Origin: Pelagomonas calceolata
Taxonomy: Eukaryota
Reading direction: 5' to 3'
Assembly: GCA_918797485.1 (NCBI GenBank)
Contig: CAKKNE010000004.1
Location: forward strand, 1,736,001 to 1,800,000
DNA length: 64,000 nt
The notes beneath the pieces are model-generated. The model did not search any database, was not told where the DNA came from, and saw only the letters and a program-made list of their open reading frames with translations. Position 1 is the stretch's first letter. Each line of letters starts with the position of its first letter. Position numbers and translations under genes: made by a program. Of the stretch, positions 1 to 14,410 are shown in pieces.

Positions 1-3000
1 CGCTCACGCTTGCCGCGCCCCCGCGGCCCACCGTCGCCGGTCCCGGCCCGACGCACAGCCGCCCGCTGTTTCCTGCCTTGCTCGACCCGGAGCTAAAGCA
101 CAGCCGCCCACTCGACCCCCCGGCGCCAGCGTTGGCCGCCGAGATGATTGCGATCCCAGAGCTCGCCGACGCGCTCGCTCCGCTCGTCGCACTCAGGACT
201 CCACCCGACGCAACGTCGCTGCGTCCAGACAACAGGCTCAACGCGCCCCCAAGCCCACTCGTCCCGCTGCCGACGCTCGCGCTCGCGCGTCCGCCCCGGC
301 CGCCGGTCGCCGCGCCGGACCCGACCCGGACGCTCCCGCTGTTGCCAGAGGTCGACGCTCCGGCGCTGAACACTAGTCGCCCGCTCGCGGCGCCCGCGCC
401 AGCGTTAGACGTGCCGATACGCAGCGCCCCGCCGCTGCCCGTCGTCCCCTCCCCGGAGCCCGCGCGGAGGGTACCGCCCGTGAGCGTCGAGCTTCGACCG
501 GACTCCAGGCTCAAGCCACCTCCAGACCCGCTCGTCCCGCTGCCCGCGCCCAGCCGAGTCGCGCCGCCTCGCCCCGACGAGGCCGCGCCAGACCCGACGA
601 GCAGCGCGCCGCTGTTGCCTTCCTTGGACGAGCCTGAGCTGAACACCAGCTGGCTGCTCGCTCCGCCGCCGCCGCCGTTCGCCGTGCGAACGTACACCGC
701 GCCGCCGCTTGTGGCCGTCCCTTCGCCCGTCTCGACGCAGACGCCGCCGCCCGTCGTCCCGGTGCTTCTCCCCGCGCCCAGCGACGTCGAGCCACCCAAA
801 CCGCTCGTTCCACTACCGACGGAGACGCGCGCTACTCCGGCCCGCCCTCCAACGCTCGGTCCAGAGCCGAGGGCAACCGCTCCACTGTTCCCGTCCTTGG
901 ACGACCCGGAGCTAAATGCCAACCGGCCGCCCGACCCACTCGCTCCGCTGTTTGTCGACCCGAGACTGAGATACCCGCTGCTTGAACAGGTGCCCTCGCT
1001 TCCCTCTAGGAAAAGCGCGCCCCCTGATGTCAAGATGCCGCGTCCAGTGCACAAATGGACGGACGAACCACTTTCAGTATCACTACTGCTACCCGCACTG
1101 ATACATACTAGTCCAGCTTGCCCACTTGACGCAGCTCCTGCAGATATGAGTACTGCTCCAATGTTGCCTGATTGAGAAGATCCCGAGCTGAACGTCAGCC
1201 TACCACTCGAACCCTGCACGCCAGAGTTACAGCCCTTGACAGTAACGGCACCACTGCTCACCGAACTGCCTTCCCCTGAAGCTATGTTGGTAAAACCTCC
1301 ACTACTAACGGCGCTTTGACCCGAGTCAATGCGAATGTGAGCTGCTGAACCACTAGAGCCGCTCCCAGCTTCTATACCCATTGTTCCCCCATGACCACCA
1401 GACGCTGTTCCGGTACCAAGTGTGAGCCATCCAGAGTTCCCTGCCATACTAGAACCAGTACTGAAAGTAAGCCTCCCGCTGCTGCCGCCAACACCGCCGT
1501 TTGTGACCTTGACTGTGATAGATCCACTGCTTGTTACGGTGCCTTCTCCTGCACTTACACTGAGCAACCCACCGCTTAATGCGACGGCACGACCAGGGAG
1601 AGCAAGGATGCCTCCCCCTAGCGCGCTGGTGCCAGTTCCGACGCTGATGAAAACATTATTGCCACGCCCCTCGGTCGCAGCCCCGGATCCAATTTCAACT
1701 GCCCCCGTGTTTCCGAGCCCCGCTGAACCTGAGCTATATGCAAGCCGACCACTGATACCCCCAACCCCCCCATTTGTTGTCGACACAAAAATGCTGCCAC
1801 TACTGCTCGTTGCTCCAAATCTACTTGAGATTGACAGGTCGCCACCGCTCTGTAATTGACTCAAACCAGCACACATCTCTAAACTATTCGATTTGCCACT
1901 CATGCTTTTGCCTATATTAACGGACACTATGCCACCTTGGCCATTCTCCACACTCCCAGAGGAACACGCAACAAGGCCACTGTTACCGTTTCGACAGGAT
2001 CCAGTACTAAACAAAATGGAACCTGTACTTGTCTTAGCGTTTGAGCTGGCTAGAACAAGATAACCACTGCTTTGTAGTGAGCCTTCACCAGATGAAATAG
2101 AGATGTGACCTCCCGAGTCAATAGACAACCCTGAAAAGAAATGAAGCGAGTTCGCAATACCATTATGACTGCAGCCCACACTCGCGCGAACGCCGCCTCC
2201 GCAACCTCCTGTCGTCGAGCCAGATCCGACGAGCACCTCGCCGCTGTTTCCTCCGGCGGCCGTTCCCGAGCTGAACACGAGTCGGCCGCTACTTCCGGTC
2301 GCTCCGGCATTGCCGCTTCCCAGGACCAGCATGCCGCTACTCGATGCGGTTCCGTCCCCGCTGTCGACGCTGAAAGCCCCACCGCTGACCGCCGCGCTCC
2401 GACCCGCCGCCGCGATCGCCGATCCCCCAGACCCGCTCGTCCCGCCGCCCGCGCTCACGGCCACGACGCCGGCGCGACCTGCCGTCGACGTGCCGGACCC
2501 CAGGCTCGCCGCCCCTCCGTTCCCGGCCGCCGCGCGCCCCGAGCTGAACGCGAGCCGACCGCTGGCGCCCGCGGTTCCACCGTTTGCCGACGTGATGCGC
2601 ACCAGGCCACTGCTTGCTGCGGTTCCTTCGCCCCCGACGGTCAGCACGCGCCCTCCGCTCGACGCGATGCTGCGCCCGGCCGCAAACGTCAGGCCACCGC
2701 CCGACGCGCTCGTCCCACTTCCCGCGCTCACGCTTGCCGCGCCCCCGCGGCCCACCGTCGCCGGTCCCGGCCCGACGCACAGCCGCCCGCTGTTTCCTGC
2801 CTTGCTGACCCGGAGCTAAAGCACAGCCGCCCACTCGACCCCCGGCGCCAGCGTTGGCCGCCGAGATGATTGCGATCCCAGAGCTCGCCGGCGCTGGCGC
2901 TCCGCTCGTCGCGCTCAGGACTCCACCCGACGCAACGTCGCTGCGTCCAGACAACAGGCTCAACGCGCCCCCAAGCCCCCTCGTCCGCTGCCGACGCTCG

Positions 3001-4402
3001 CTCGCGCGTCCGCCCTGCCGCCGGTCGCCGCGCGCGGACCCGACTCGGACGCTCCCGCTGTTGCCAGAGGTCGACGCTCCGGCGCTGAACACTAGTCGCC
3101 CGCTCGCGGCGCCCGCGCCAGCGTTAGACGTGCCGATACGCAGCGCCCCGCCGCTGCCATCGTCCCCCCCGGAGCCCGCGCGGAGGGTACCGCCCGTGAG
3201 CGTCGAGCTTCGACCGGACTCCAGGCTCAAGCCACCTCCAGACCCGCTCGTCCCGCTGCCCGCGCCCAGCCGAGTCGCGCCGCCTCGCCCCGACGAGGCC
3301 GCGCCAGACCCGACGAGCAGCGCGCCGCTGTTGCCTTCCTTGGACGAGCCTGAGCTGAACACCAGCTGGCTGCTCGCTCCGCCGCCGCCGCCGTTCGCCG
3401 TGCGAACGTACACCGCGCCGCCGCTTGTGGCCGTGCCTTCGCCCGTCTCGACGCAGACGCCGCCGCCCGTCGTCCCGGTGCTTCTCCCCGCGCCCAGCGA
3501 CGTCGAGCCACCCAAACCGCTCGTTCCACTACCGACGGAGACGCGCGCTACTCCGGCCCGCCCTCCAACGCTCGGTCCAGAGCCGAGGGCAACCGCTCCA
3601 CTGTTCCGTCCTTGGACGACCGAGCTAAATGCCAACCGGCCGCCCGACCCACTCGCTCCGCTGTTTGTCGACCCGAGACTGAGATACCCGCTGCTTGAAC
3701 AGGGCCCTCGCTTCCCTCTAGGAAAAGCGCGCCCCTGATGTCAAGATGCCGCGCCCAGTGCACAAATGGACGGACGAACCACTTTCAGTATCACGCTGCT
3801 ACCCGCACTGATACATACTAGTCCAGCTTGCCCACTTGACGCAGCTCCTGCAGATATGAGTACTGCTCCAATGTTGCCTGATTGAGAAGATCCCGAGCTG
3901 AACGTCAGCCTACCACTCGAACCCTGCACGCCAGAGTTACAGCCCTTGACAGTAACGGCACCACTGCTCACCGAACTGCCTTCCCCTGAAGCTATGTTGG
4001 TAAAACCTCCACTACTAACGGCGCTTTGACCCGAGTCAATGCGAATGTGAGCTGCTGAACCACTAGAGCCGCTCCCAGCTTCTATACCCATTGTTCCCCC
4101 ATGACCACCAGACGCTGTTCCGGTACCAAGTGTGAGCCATCCAGAGTTCCCTGCCATACTAGAACCAGTACTGAAAGTAAGCCTCCCGCTGCTGCCGCCA
4201 ACACCGCCGTTTGTGACCTTGACTGTGATAGATCCACTGCTTGTTACGGTGCCTTCTCCTGCACTTACACTGAGCAACCCACCGCTTAATGCGACGGCAC
4301 GACCAGGGAGAGCAAGGATGCCTCCCCCTAGTGCGCTGGTGCCAGTTCCGACGCTGATGAAAACATTATTGCCACGCCCCTCGGTCGCAGCCCCGGATCC
4401 AA
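1..4402. repeat. Near-identical direct duplication: 1-1692 and 2725-4402
   Basis: Direct reading shows the same sequence from cgctcacgcttgcc to ccccggatccaa in both copies. The differences are mostly 1-nt losses in C/G runs in the second copy. Confidence 0.95.
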
Positions 4403-7400
4403 ATGTCAAAATGCCACTATTGCCGCGTCGTGTTGACCCTGTGCTAAACGAGAGCTTTCCGCTTGATCCACTTGCTCCTGTATTTGAGCTTACACACACT
4501 ACAACGCCTCCACTTGATCCTGTGCCTTCACCCGCTTCAGTTATGACATTTCCGCCTGAGTACCCCGATGAACACCCAGAGTCTAGCGAACAACCCCCCC
4601 CTGATACTGAACCACATCCAACAGCAAGAACGATGGATCCGCCACGCGCGGTTGAGGAATAGCAAGAACCAAAGTATACTGATCCACTATTTCCAACTCT
4701 TGTAGTGCCTGAACTAAACGAGAGCCTCCCAGTCACACCATTAGTGCCACCGTTAGCTGCTAACACGCACACAGAGCCGCTGCTACTTGCAGTGCCTTCG
4801 CCACTAAATGCATGCACCGTTCCTCCCGAAGTCGATGCACTACGCCCTGCTGCAGCCCCTAGAATTACACTCATGCCGCTCGTTCCACTCCCAGCGGCAA
4901 TTCGTATTGCTCCACCACTTCCTTGGGTAGCAATTCCTGTGCTCAACGCGACGCGCCCGCTGTTTCCACTTGACGCGGTGCCACTGCTAAACAGTAGCCG
5001 CCCGCCTGAACCCTCACCGCTGTCCATGCCCAATATGCAAACAGAACCGCTACTAAACAAAGCCCCCCCCCCTGCGTTGGCACGAATCATCCCCCCGGTC
5101 GCTAGAATATTGCGGCCGGACAAGGTAGCCACGGGCGTCCCAATGCCACTTGTCCCACTGCCAGCACTCACGATAACCCTGCCACTGCGTCCAGTCCCAG
5201 TTGCGGCACTTGAGCCTATGCATACAAAGCCACTATTTCCGGTCACCGACGAGCCTGAACTAAATCTAAGGAAACCGCTGGCTCCTGAAATACCACTGTT
5301 TATGGAATTAATTTTGATCACGCCACTACTTGTTGCTGTGCCCTCTCCTGCGCTAATGAAAACACAGCCACCACTCGAGCCCGTGCTTTGACCAGCAAGA
5401 AACAATGCACATCCTCCAGATCCACTTGTGCCGCTACCAACAGCCATCCTCACTGCTCCAGCGCGCCCCGCTGTCCCGACACCAGAACTTACACAAAACG
5501 CACCACTGTTCCCAAGCCTGGATGACCCTGAGCTGAACGACAGACGTCCACTACAACCCGTCGCACCTGGGCTTACGCCCTGAACACACATCGCACCAGA
5601 GCTTGATGCCCTGCCTTCGCCACCGGCCATATTTATCGATCCACCAGAACGCAAAGCACTCTGGCCAGAATTCAGACTCAAAAGACCACCGCACCCGCTT
5701 GTGCCGATTCCCACAGTGAAACTGAGAGCTCCGCCGCAACCAACCGAAGCCATGCCGGAACCCAATACAATTTGTCCACTATTTGCTTCGTGTGATATAC
5801 CAGAGCTAAAAACAAGGCGCCCACTTAATCCATCTATCACGCTATTTTGCGAAGACACCAACACTGCACCACTGCTCCCCCCCCCGCCTTCCCCCGTGAG
5901 CATGTTTAACGAGCCACCTACATGTGTAATACTATCTCCCGCGGCAAGACGCGCCTTTCCGCCAGAACCACTATCGCCAGAACCAACGCAGAATTTGATG
6001 GTGCCTCCGAGACCATGTGTAGAAGCACCCGTACCCAAAAGTATGCTTCCTGTATTTCCACACCACGATGAGCCGGAACTGAAGACCAACCGACCGCTAC
6101 ATCCGTATGCACCACCATTGAGGGATGTTGCAAAGATAGAACCACTCGTTGCACCCCTTCCAGCCCCAGAGTATACTTGCACTGCACCACCACTATAGCC
6201 TTCAGCTCTGCCAGAAATTACTGTGGTACAACCGCCAGCTGCACTTCCTCCATTGCCTACATTATATCTGATGTCACCACCAGACCCGCTGATTGCTCCT
6301 GCTGTTCCAAAGCGAACGAGACCGGTATTACTTGAGCTGGTAGTTCCCGAGCTAAACGTCAGCCTACCCGAGGATCCAGAGTCACCACTATTTGAAGAGC
6401 TTATGCTTAAGCTCCCGCTGCTCGACTGAACCCCGGTTGTGGTCTGAATAGTTATGCTTCCACCGCTCATGCTATTTGTTCTTCCTGGTTGAATATGAAG
6501 GAAGCAGTTCTGTCCGCTGGTGCCACTGCCAACAGCTGCACAGAGAAAACCGCCACTACCGCCTGTCGAGGCGCCAATGCCCAAGAGCAATTCACCACTG
6601 TTTCCCCCGGCGGCTGTTCCTGAACTGAAGGTCAGACAGCTGCTACTTCCCACCATTCCCGTATTGCTGCTTCTCATTGATAATTGGCCGCTACTCGACG
6701 CGGTTCCTTCTCCGCTAACAAGGCCCGCCAGACCTCCTGTACCTGCAGTGCTCCGCCCGGCCGCCGTGACCAGAAGCGCCCCTAGCCCACTCGTTCCAAC
6801 TCCAATGCTCACTACTAATCCGCCTCCACGACCTGCTGTTGCCACCCCTGATCCCAGCGTCACCGAGCCACTGTTCCCGGATAAGGCACACCCCGAGCTA
6901 AGCACAAGACGGCCGCTAATGCCTAATCTACCATTATTCGCAGACATCACACTCACAGCCCCACTGCTCGCTGCACTCGCCCCTCCAGCACGAACTGCTG
7001 TATCACCACCGGTGAGTGAGATAGTTTGACCAGCCCAAACCACAATGCTGCCGCCAAGAGCACTGGTGCCGCTTCCAGGACTTATACTAATGGCGCCGGC
7101 CCGCCCGTTGAGCCCGGCACCGCTACCAATGCATACTGCGCCACTGTTGGATATACTAGCGAAGCCAGAGCTAAACAGCAAACGGCCACTACCCCCGTCT
7201 AGACCGGTGTTAACACAGCACAGTGAAATCGCACCTGAACTAGTCGTTGTGCTCTCGCCACCCCAGACATCAATGGAGCCGCCCGTGGAAACATCACATT
7301 GGCCGGAATATAGCCTTGCAGAACCACCAAATCCGCTCGTGCCACTACCGATTGCCATCGATATTGAGCCTGTTGCGCCTCCGGTCGCATAACTCGTCGC

Positions 7401-10400
7401 GAAACTAAGGTGTCCACTGTTGCCACGTTGTGATGCGCCAGCACTAAAGAAGAGGCATCCGGATGACCCTGTCGACCCGACGTTTGATGTAGATGCCAGG
7501 ATCACACCGCTGCTGGTTGTCTGACTGCCATCACTGAACAGGCAAACGACACCACCAGTCGAGCCGCCGTAGCTTTGACCAGAATGCAATGCAACAGAGC
7601 TCCCACTGCCACTGTTACTACTGCCCACAGCTGCTCGAAGACTACCCCCGCGACCTCCAGTCGACCTGCCGGTCCCAACTAACACCGGACCGCTGTTTCC
7701 CCCAAAAGTAGTTTCTCCTGAGCTGAACACGATTCGGCCGCTACTTCCTGCCACTCCCGTGTTCATGCTTATTGCTGATAATCGACCACTACTTGACACA
7801 GTCCCCTCCCCGCTGCCAATGCGTGCTGCACCCCCACTGGCAATCGTGCTCCGCCCAGCTGACGTGGCCAACAGTCCGCCCAGACCGCTTTTTCCACTTC
7901 CGATGCTTACATCCAATGCGCCCGCGCGACCTGCTGTCGCTGCGCTGGACCCAATGGCCACCAACCCACCATTCCCAGCTGCCGTGCGCCCTGAGCTGAA
8001 TGCGAGTCGACCACTTGTCCCTGCATTGCCAGTGTTCCCCGACATAATAATAACGAGGCTGCTGCTTGTCGCGGTTCCTTCTCCCCCAATGATGGGTACA
8101 CGTCCTCCACTCGATATTCTGCTGCGTCCAGCACTGAACGACACGTGACTGCCCGATCCGCTCGTCCCACTTCCTGCGCTCATACTCGCAGTACCTCCCC
8201 GCCCGACTGATGCCGGGCCGGACCCAGCACGCAGGTCACCACCATTTCCTAAATTGGTTGACCCAGAGCTGAAGCACAGTAATCCACTTGACCCAACGAT
8301 GCCAGTATTTACAGTCAGAGCTGATACAATTCCACTGCTATACGATGTCCCCTCCCCGCTGAGCACCCTCAGGGAACCTCCGGAGGCTACGGCGCTGCGA
8401 CCTGACAATATTTGGACGACACCACCACTAGAGCTTGTGCCTCGACCAACAGATATGATAATACAACCGGTAGCTCCTGTGCTAGCGGCGCCTGTGCCAA
8501 ATACACACGCACCCGCATTACCTGCTTCACTCGATCCTGTCGAAAATGTCAAAAGGCCCGATGTTCCGAGATGTTTGGCATTGGTAGATCGAATCGAAAC
8601 ATGGCCACTGCTCGAGATAGTTGTCTCTCCGGTCGATATCGTGCAAGGTCCACCCGTACCCGAGACACTACGGCCGCAGCGAAGACAAATGTTCCCGCCT
8701 GGTCCGCTTGTCCCGCTTCCAGCAGTGATAAACAGAGATCCAGCGTGTCCAGATGCTGCTGCGGTTGCTGCAAGTATACAACCACTATTACCATCGCTGG
8801 CGGTGCCTGAGCTAAATGTGAGGCGACCGGTTGTGCCAGTATATCCTCCGTTGGAAGTGCGTACTACTGTGGTGCCACTGCTAGACGTCGCGCCTGCCCC
8901 ACTCAACTTCGCGCAGTTGCCCCCTGTTGATGTGAGACTTGTGCCAGCACATAGGATTAATGGGCCACTTTGGCGGCTCGTTCCGCTCCCAACAATGAGC
9001 TTGACTACCCCGCCTCTGCCCAGGCTGGATGCGCCACTCCCCGCATGAATGCTTGCGCTGTCGCCTCCAACAGCACTCCCTGAACTAAAGCTAAGTCTTC
9101 CACTGGACCCAGCGACCGCAGCATTAGCAGCTCTCAGTACAATCACACCACCGCTGGACGCGTCACCCTCGCCAGCCGAGGTGTGCACGCCACTTCCGGT
9201 GGCTGTTTTTGCTTGACTCGCTGCCACGAGCATCTGCCCGCCCGTTCCACTGGTTCCACTGCCAACAGCGAGTTTGAGATGGCCGCCACAGCCGCCGCGA
9301 GCAAATGCAGTGGCCAAACTTAGTTGACCTGCATTTCCTTCGGTTGAAACACCGGAACTGAAAGTAATGACTCCAGTTGTTCCCGTCACACTTCCGCCAT
9401 TGGTAGACGTAACTCGCAGAGAGCCACTTGTCGACGTTGTTCCCTCGCCAACATGAAGGCGCAGATCGCCGCCAGTCGTCACAGCCGCATAACCGGCCTG
9501 AAGTACGGTGGCCTCTCCAGCACCACTGTTGCCACTCCCGACGCTCAGGGAAACCGAGCCTCCACGACCTATAGCTGTAGTCCCGGAGCCAATAGAAATT
9601 TGTCCACTATTACCTACGCTAGCAGCTCCCGAACTGAATGAAAGGCGTCCGCTGGACCCACCCGGGCCAGCATTTGCACTTAAGAACGAGACAATACCAC
9701 TGCTGGCTACCGTGCCTTCACCACTTAGCATGTATGCGGAGCCTCCGGTCGCGATGCTTTGACCCGCTTGACCATGAATACACCCACCAAAACCGCTGCT
9801 TCCGCTACCTGCACTCACAGCGATTGAACCTCCACGCCCTGTTGATGAAGCACGACTACCGACTCTAACCTCACCAGCATTTCCTGCGCATGCTGTGCCG
9901 CTGCTGAATGTTAGGCGCCCGGAAGCACCGCCGACACCGCTGTTCGCCGTCCGTACCAAGAAGCTGCCGCTACTGGCAACTGTGCCTTCAGCCACGCCAA
10001 GATCAACCGTTCCGCCAGTTGATTTCAAGCTTCGTCCCGATGCGATTCCGAGAGAGCCACCAATGCCCGATGTACCGCTACCAACCGCGAGGCGCACCGC
10101 CCCGCCACATCCACGCGTGGCTGCGTATGAGCCTAGTGTGATGCTTCCTGAGTTGCCACCCCTCGAGATGCCTGATGAAAAGAGGAGGCATCCGCTTGCA
10201 CCAGATCCGCCTGATGCTGCCCACGACTGGACACGGACATCACCGCTGCTAGACACGGTGCCTTCGCCAGCTCGCGCTGAGACACATCCACCACTTTGCC
10301 CATTACTGCGACCAGATTGGAATAGTGCGCGACCCCCAGATCCCGTTCCTCCGCCAGCCGTCACTATAATGCTACCACCTCGGCCCACCTGCCCAGGACC

Positions 10401-13400
10401 AGATCCCAAAAGAATACAACCCGAATTACTACGGACAGCTGACCCGCTGCTAAACACGAGATGACCACTCGCTCCAGATCTTCCAGCATTTGACGATCGC
10501 ACACAAGCAGCGCCGCTGCTTGCTGTGCTACCTGTCTGGGTCGAAAATGTGAAATGACCCCCCGTGTGCGACACGCCTCTCCCCGCTGCCAAAGAGATGG
10601 CACTGCCTGTTCCAGAGGTCCCGCTACCAGATGATATCACTACATGTCCACCGTGCCCGGCTGTCGTAGAACCTGAACCAAATAGTGCACTCCCAGCGTT
10701 ACCAGCGATTGCACCGTGCGAGCTAAAGATGAGACGACCAGCCGCTGATTTTGAGCTCCCAGCGTTGCTGCTATGTACAACGACCGTGCCCGCAGAAGTC
10801 GTTGCGCCTTCTCCTGCAGTCATTACCACGAAGCCTCCGGTTAACACAGTACTGCGGCCACTGTGTAGGGCGCCAAGACCACCAGCCCCGCTGCCGCTGC
10901 TCCCTACAGCCAAGGTCACGGCACCGCTTCTCCCGCCACTCGCTGAGCCCGTTCCAACGCGCATCATGCCGCTATTTCCGACTGAAGTCGATCCGGAGCT
11001 GAAGAGAAGACTACCAACCGAACCAAAGACGCCGCCATTTGATGTGCGCAACGCAACCGCCCCCGAGCTTGTCGCAGCAACGCAGCCAGAAAACACAGTA
11101 AGTGCGCCGCCTGTCCTCTTCGCTGGTGCCACCGACCGACCCGCCGCTATTACGATCGTCCTCTTTGTACCACTCGAGCCCCTACCCGTGATAAAGGATA
11201 TTGAACCTCCACTACCAGCAGTTGCGTCTCCAGACCCGAGGCAAAGTTTCCCAGAATTGCATGTTTTGGCCGTTCCAGAGCTGAACGCGAGACAACCACT
11301 AGATCCCAAAAAACCACCATTTGCCCCTATAATTGTGATAGACCCACTGCTGGAAGCACCGCTCTCGCCGGCTATCAGCGTAGCCTTCCCTCCTTCCCGA
11401 CAGACCGTGCGACCTGACTGACATACGACGAGGCCTCCCATACCACTCAAGCCTGGACCGGAAGTGACAAGTATTGCGCCTCCAGCGCCACCTGTGACCT
11501 GACCGGTGCCTAGCGACACGCCTCCGCTGTTGCTGCCATTTGGCAAACCTGTGCTAAAGACCAAATAGCCACTAGCTCCAGACGCCCCAGCATTAGCAGA
11601 ACAAACTACCATTTTACCCGAACTTGTTCCGCCAGAACCACCAGCCAATAAACCAACTAATCCCCCGGTTGAATCACATGTGCGCCCTGCAGCTGCTAAA
11701 ACAGCGCCAGCGCGCCCACTCGTTCCGCCACCAACAGAGGCACGAAGTAATCCGCCTGCTCCTCCTGTCGATCCACCCACGCCAACGCTGATCATACCAC
11801 TGTTGCCGCTGTATGCAGTGCCTGCACTGAATTCCAAACGACTGCTGGTACCACCAGCACCAGCATTTACCGATTGTAGGGCAATCGTGCCAGTTGATGC
11901 GGAGATGCCAGAAGCTGCGAGGGCCGCAAGGGAGCCCCCTGTGCGGTAGCCGCTACGTCCAGCTCGTGCAACTAGCTGACCCCCTATGCCGCTATTGCCG
12001 CCACCGGCTACGACTAATATCGAACCACCGCAACCGCCTGTCGCGGCAGCAGACCCTAATCTCAATGCGCCAGCATTGCCATCGTCGCTGCTACCACTAC
12101 TAAAAACAAGAGCACCGCTGGTGCCCGACACGCCACCATTTGTAGTCTGAAGGTGAAATGCACCCGATGTTGTGCCTGCCGCACCACCACCAGCAAGAGC
12201 AAATAACCCTCCTGTTCGTTCAGCCGTGCGTCCAGCAAGGAAAATTTCTGCGCTTCCTACGCCACTTTGGCTACTCCCGACACTAACGTATGTTCTGCCA
12301 GCACGGCCTGCGGAAACCGCACCGCTCCCAATAATTAGAGAACCGGAATTGCCAATATTGGCAGACCCTGAACTGAAGCAGAGACGGGCACTTGCACCAG
12401 CCCTACTCCCGCCGTTTGCGGTTCGAACACGAAACACACCACTAGTTGCTCTGGTCGAGTCTGTAGTCTGCATCAGCAGCTTACCACCGGACGCGGCAGA
12501 GCTTCGACCGGCCACGAGCATGGCAGAACCGCCAGAACCCGAGTCGCCATAGCCGACCGTCACGCTAGTAAAGCCCCCACTACCACCAGTTGCGATGCCA
12601 GAGCCAACCACACAAATGCCAGTGTTCCCAGACGAAGCTGTGCCAGTACTAAACGTCATGCTGCCGCTGACCCCTTCAGGACCACTATTTGCCGTTGCTA
12701 CCCTGACAGAGCCACTTGTGTGGAGCGTCCCTTCAGTGGAAAATAAGTTAACAGAGCCACCTGTACGGCTGCGACTGCGACCAGCATCTACCGTTGCCTC
12801 ACTGCCCGTGGCACTGGTACCGCTACCGGCCGTCAGGCGCACGAGGCCTGCCCGACCGCCAGTCGCTGCCCCTGAACCGGATTCGATGGCGCCCGCATTA
12901 CCATGTGATGCTGATCCTGAGCTAAAACTAAGTGCGGCCGATGAACCTCTCGTCCCTGCATTTGCAACCGTCACGCGAACAAAACCACTGGTTGTGGCTG
13001 CTCCTTCGCCGGTTGCTGATGCGAGGCAGCCTCCTGTTCCACTCCAGGTGCGCCCCGCCACGGTGCAAGCCACGCCACCTGTGTACGCACCGCGACCAAC
13101 GCGAGCAAAAATAGAACCGCCACGGCCGCCAGTCGCCGCGCCCGTACCGAAGACGAGCTCGCCTGAGTTGCCACGGGATGTCGTGCCGGTACTAAACCGG
13201 AGACTCCCACTTGCGCCACGCGTGCCCGCGTTGGGTGTGTATACGCGGACGCTGCCAGAGGAAGATGAAGCACCCCCAGCCGCGTTAAAATAGGCACGAC
13301 CACCGGTGCCTTCGTCGCTTCGGCCCGCCCTGATGGTGATATTGCCGCCGCGGCCGGACGTGCCATCGCCTGCACTCAGGACCAAGGCCCCCCCACGACC

Positions 13401-14410
13401 GCCAGTAGCAGCACCCGATCTGAGATTTATGCGACCAGCATTTCCACAGGTGCCGCAACCTGTCCTCATGTCTGCAAAACCAGAGACACCTCTGTCAGTA
13501 CTCTCTGCCGTCGCCAGAGAAATCTCGCCTGAGGACGTGCCGCGTGCGGAGCCACTGCGTAGATCAATAGAACCTCCAGACGCCGACGCGCCGTCACCCG
13601 CAGCAATAGTCCCGTCTCCGCCCCGTGTGGCAGCACCTGCTGCAACGCTCACGCAGCCGCCACTATTTCTGCGGTCTTCCTCTTCCGCTGCTGTGATGCC
13701 TGCGGTCACACTTATGCCACCCCCAATTCCAGAACGCCCCTGACCTACAATGCAGCACACGAAACCACCAGTCCCTGATGCCGCAGTTCCGGTCTCAAAG
13801 TTGAGTCTACCAGAGTTGCCGCAGGACGCGGTGCCCGATGTAAGTGCCAGCTCACCAGAAGCACCACCGGAACCAGCATCAGTTGTACGGAGCAAAATTG
13901 CCCCGGATGTTGACAGTACGCTCATTCCGCTATAAATATAGAACACGCCGCCAGAATCTGTGCGACCACGTCCTGCGCCACACGTCACACTACCTCCGGC
14001 CCCGAAAGCAACTGCATGGCTCCTCCCTGCCGAAAGTGCCATCAAGCCTCCTTTGTTGGAACTACGAGATGCGCTTCCTGCATATATTGCCGCGTCCCCT
14101 CCGTTTCCACTGTCTCCCACACCAACCGATGCGACAAAAGAGCCGCCTCCGCCACTTTTGGCAACACCTGAACCTAGACAGATCGCGCCAGAATCACCGA
14201 GGCTTGCCGTTCCAGTCGCTAGGAAATGCGCTCCACTTGTGCCTTTGATACCTGCATTTTGTGTCAACACGAGTATTCGACCGCTCTCTCCACTAGCTCC
14301 AGCGCGCCCGGAGCCCGAAACGAAACAAACATTCCCACCTACTGTTGACTTTCCCGTGACAAATGCTGACCGAAGCAGAGATTCGCCAACCTTGAGCACC
14401 AGATCTCCGC
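1..14410 (-). CDS. Giant protein exon 6: regular 91-aa super-repeat region, runs off the window
   Basis: ORF 3741..14399 (3552 aa) plus continuing repeat-coding sequence, e.g. 2190-1 reads ...GHISISSGEGSLQSSGYLVLASSNAKTSTGSILFSTG... The frameshifts at 2725-3800 are absent from the duplicate copy at 1-1692. Confidence 0.75.

Noticed and set aside
2200..3800. Pseudogenisation of the 3' part of the giant gene
   Set aside because: The indels sit mostly in homopolymer runs and are absent from the duplicate copy, so sequencing error is more likely. This is not fully excluded.
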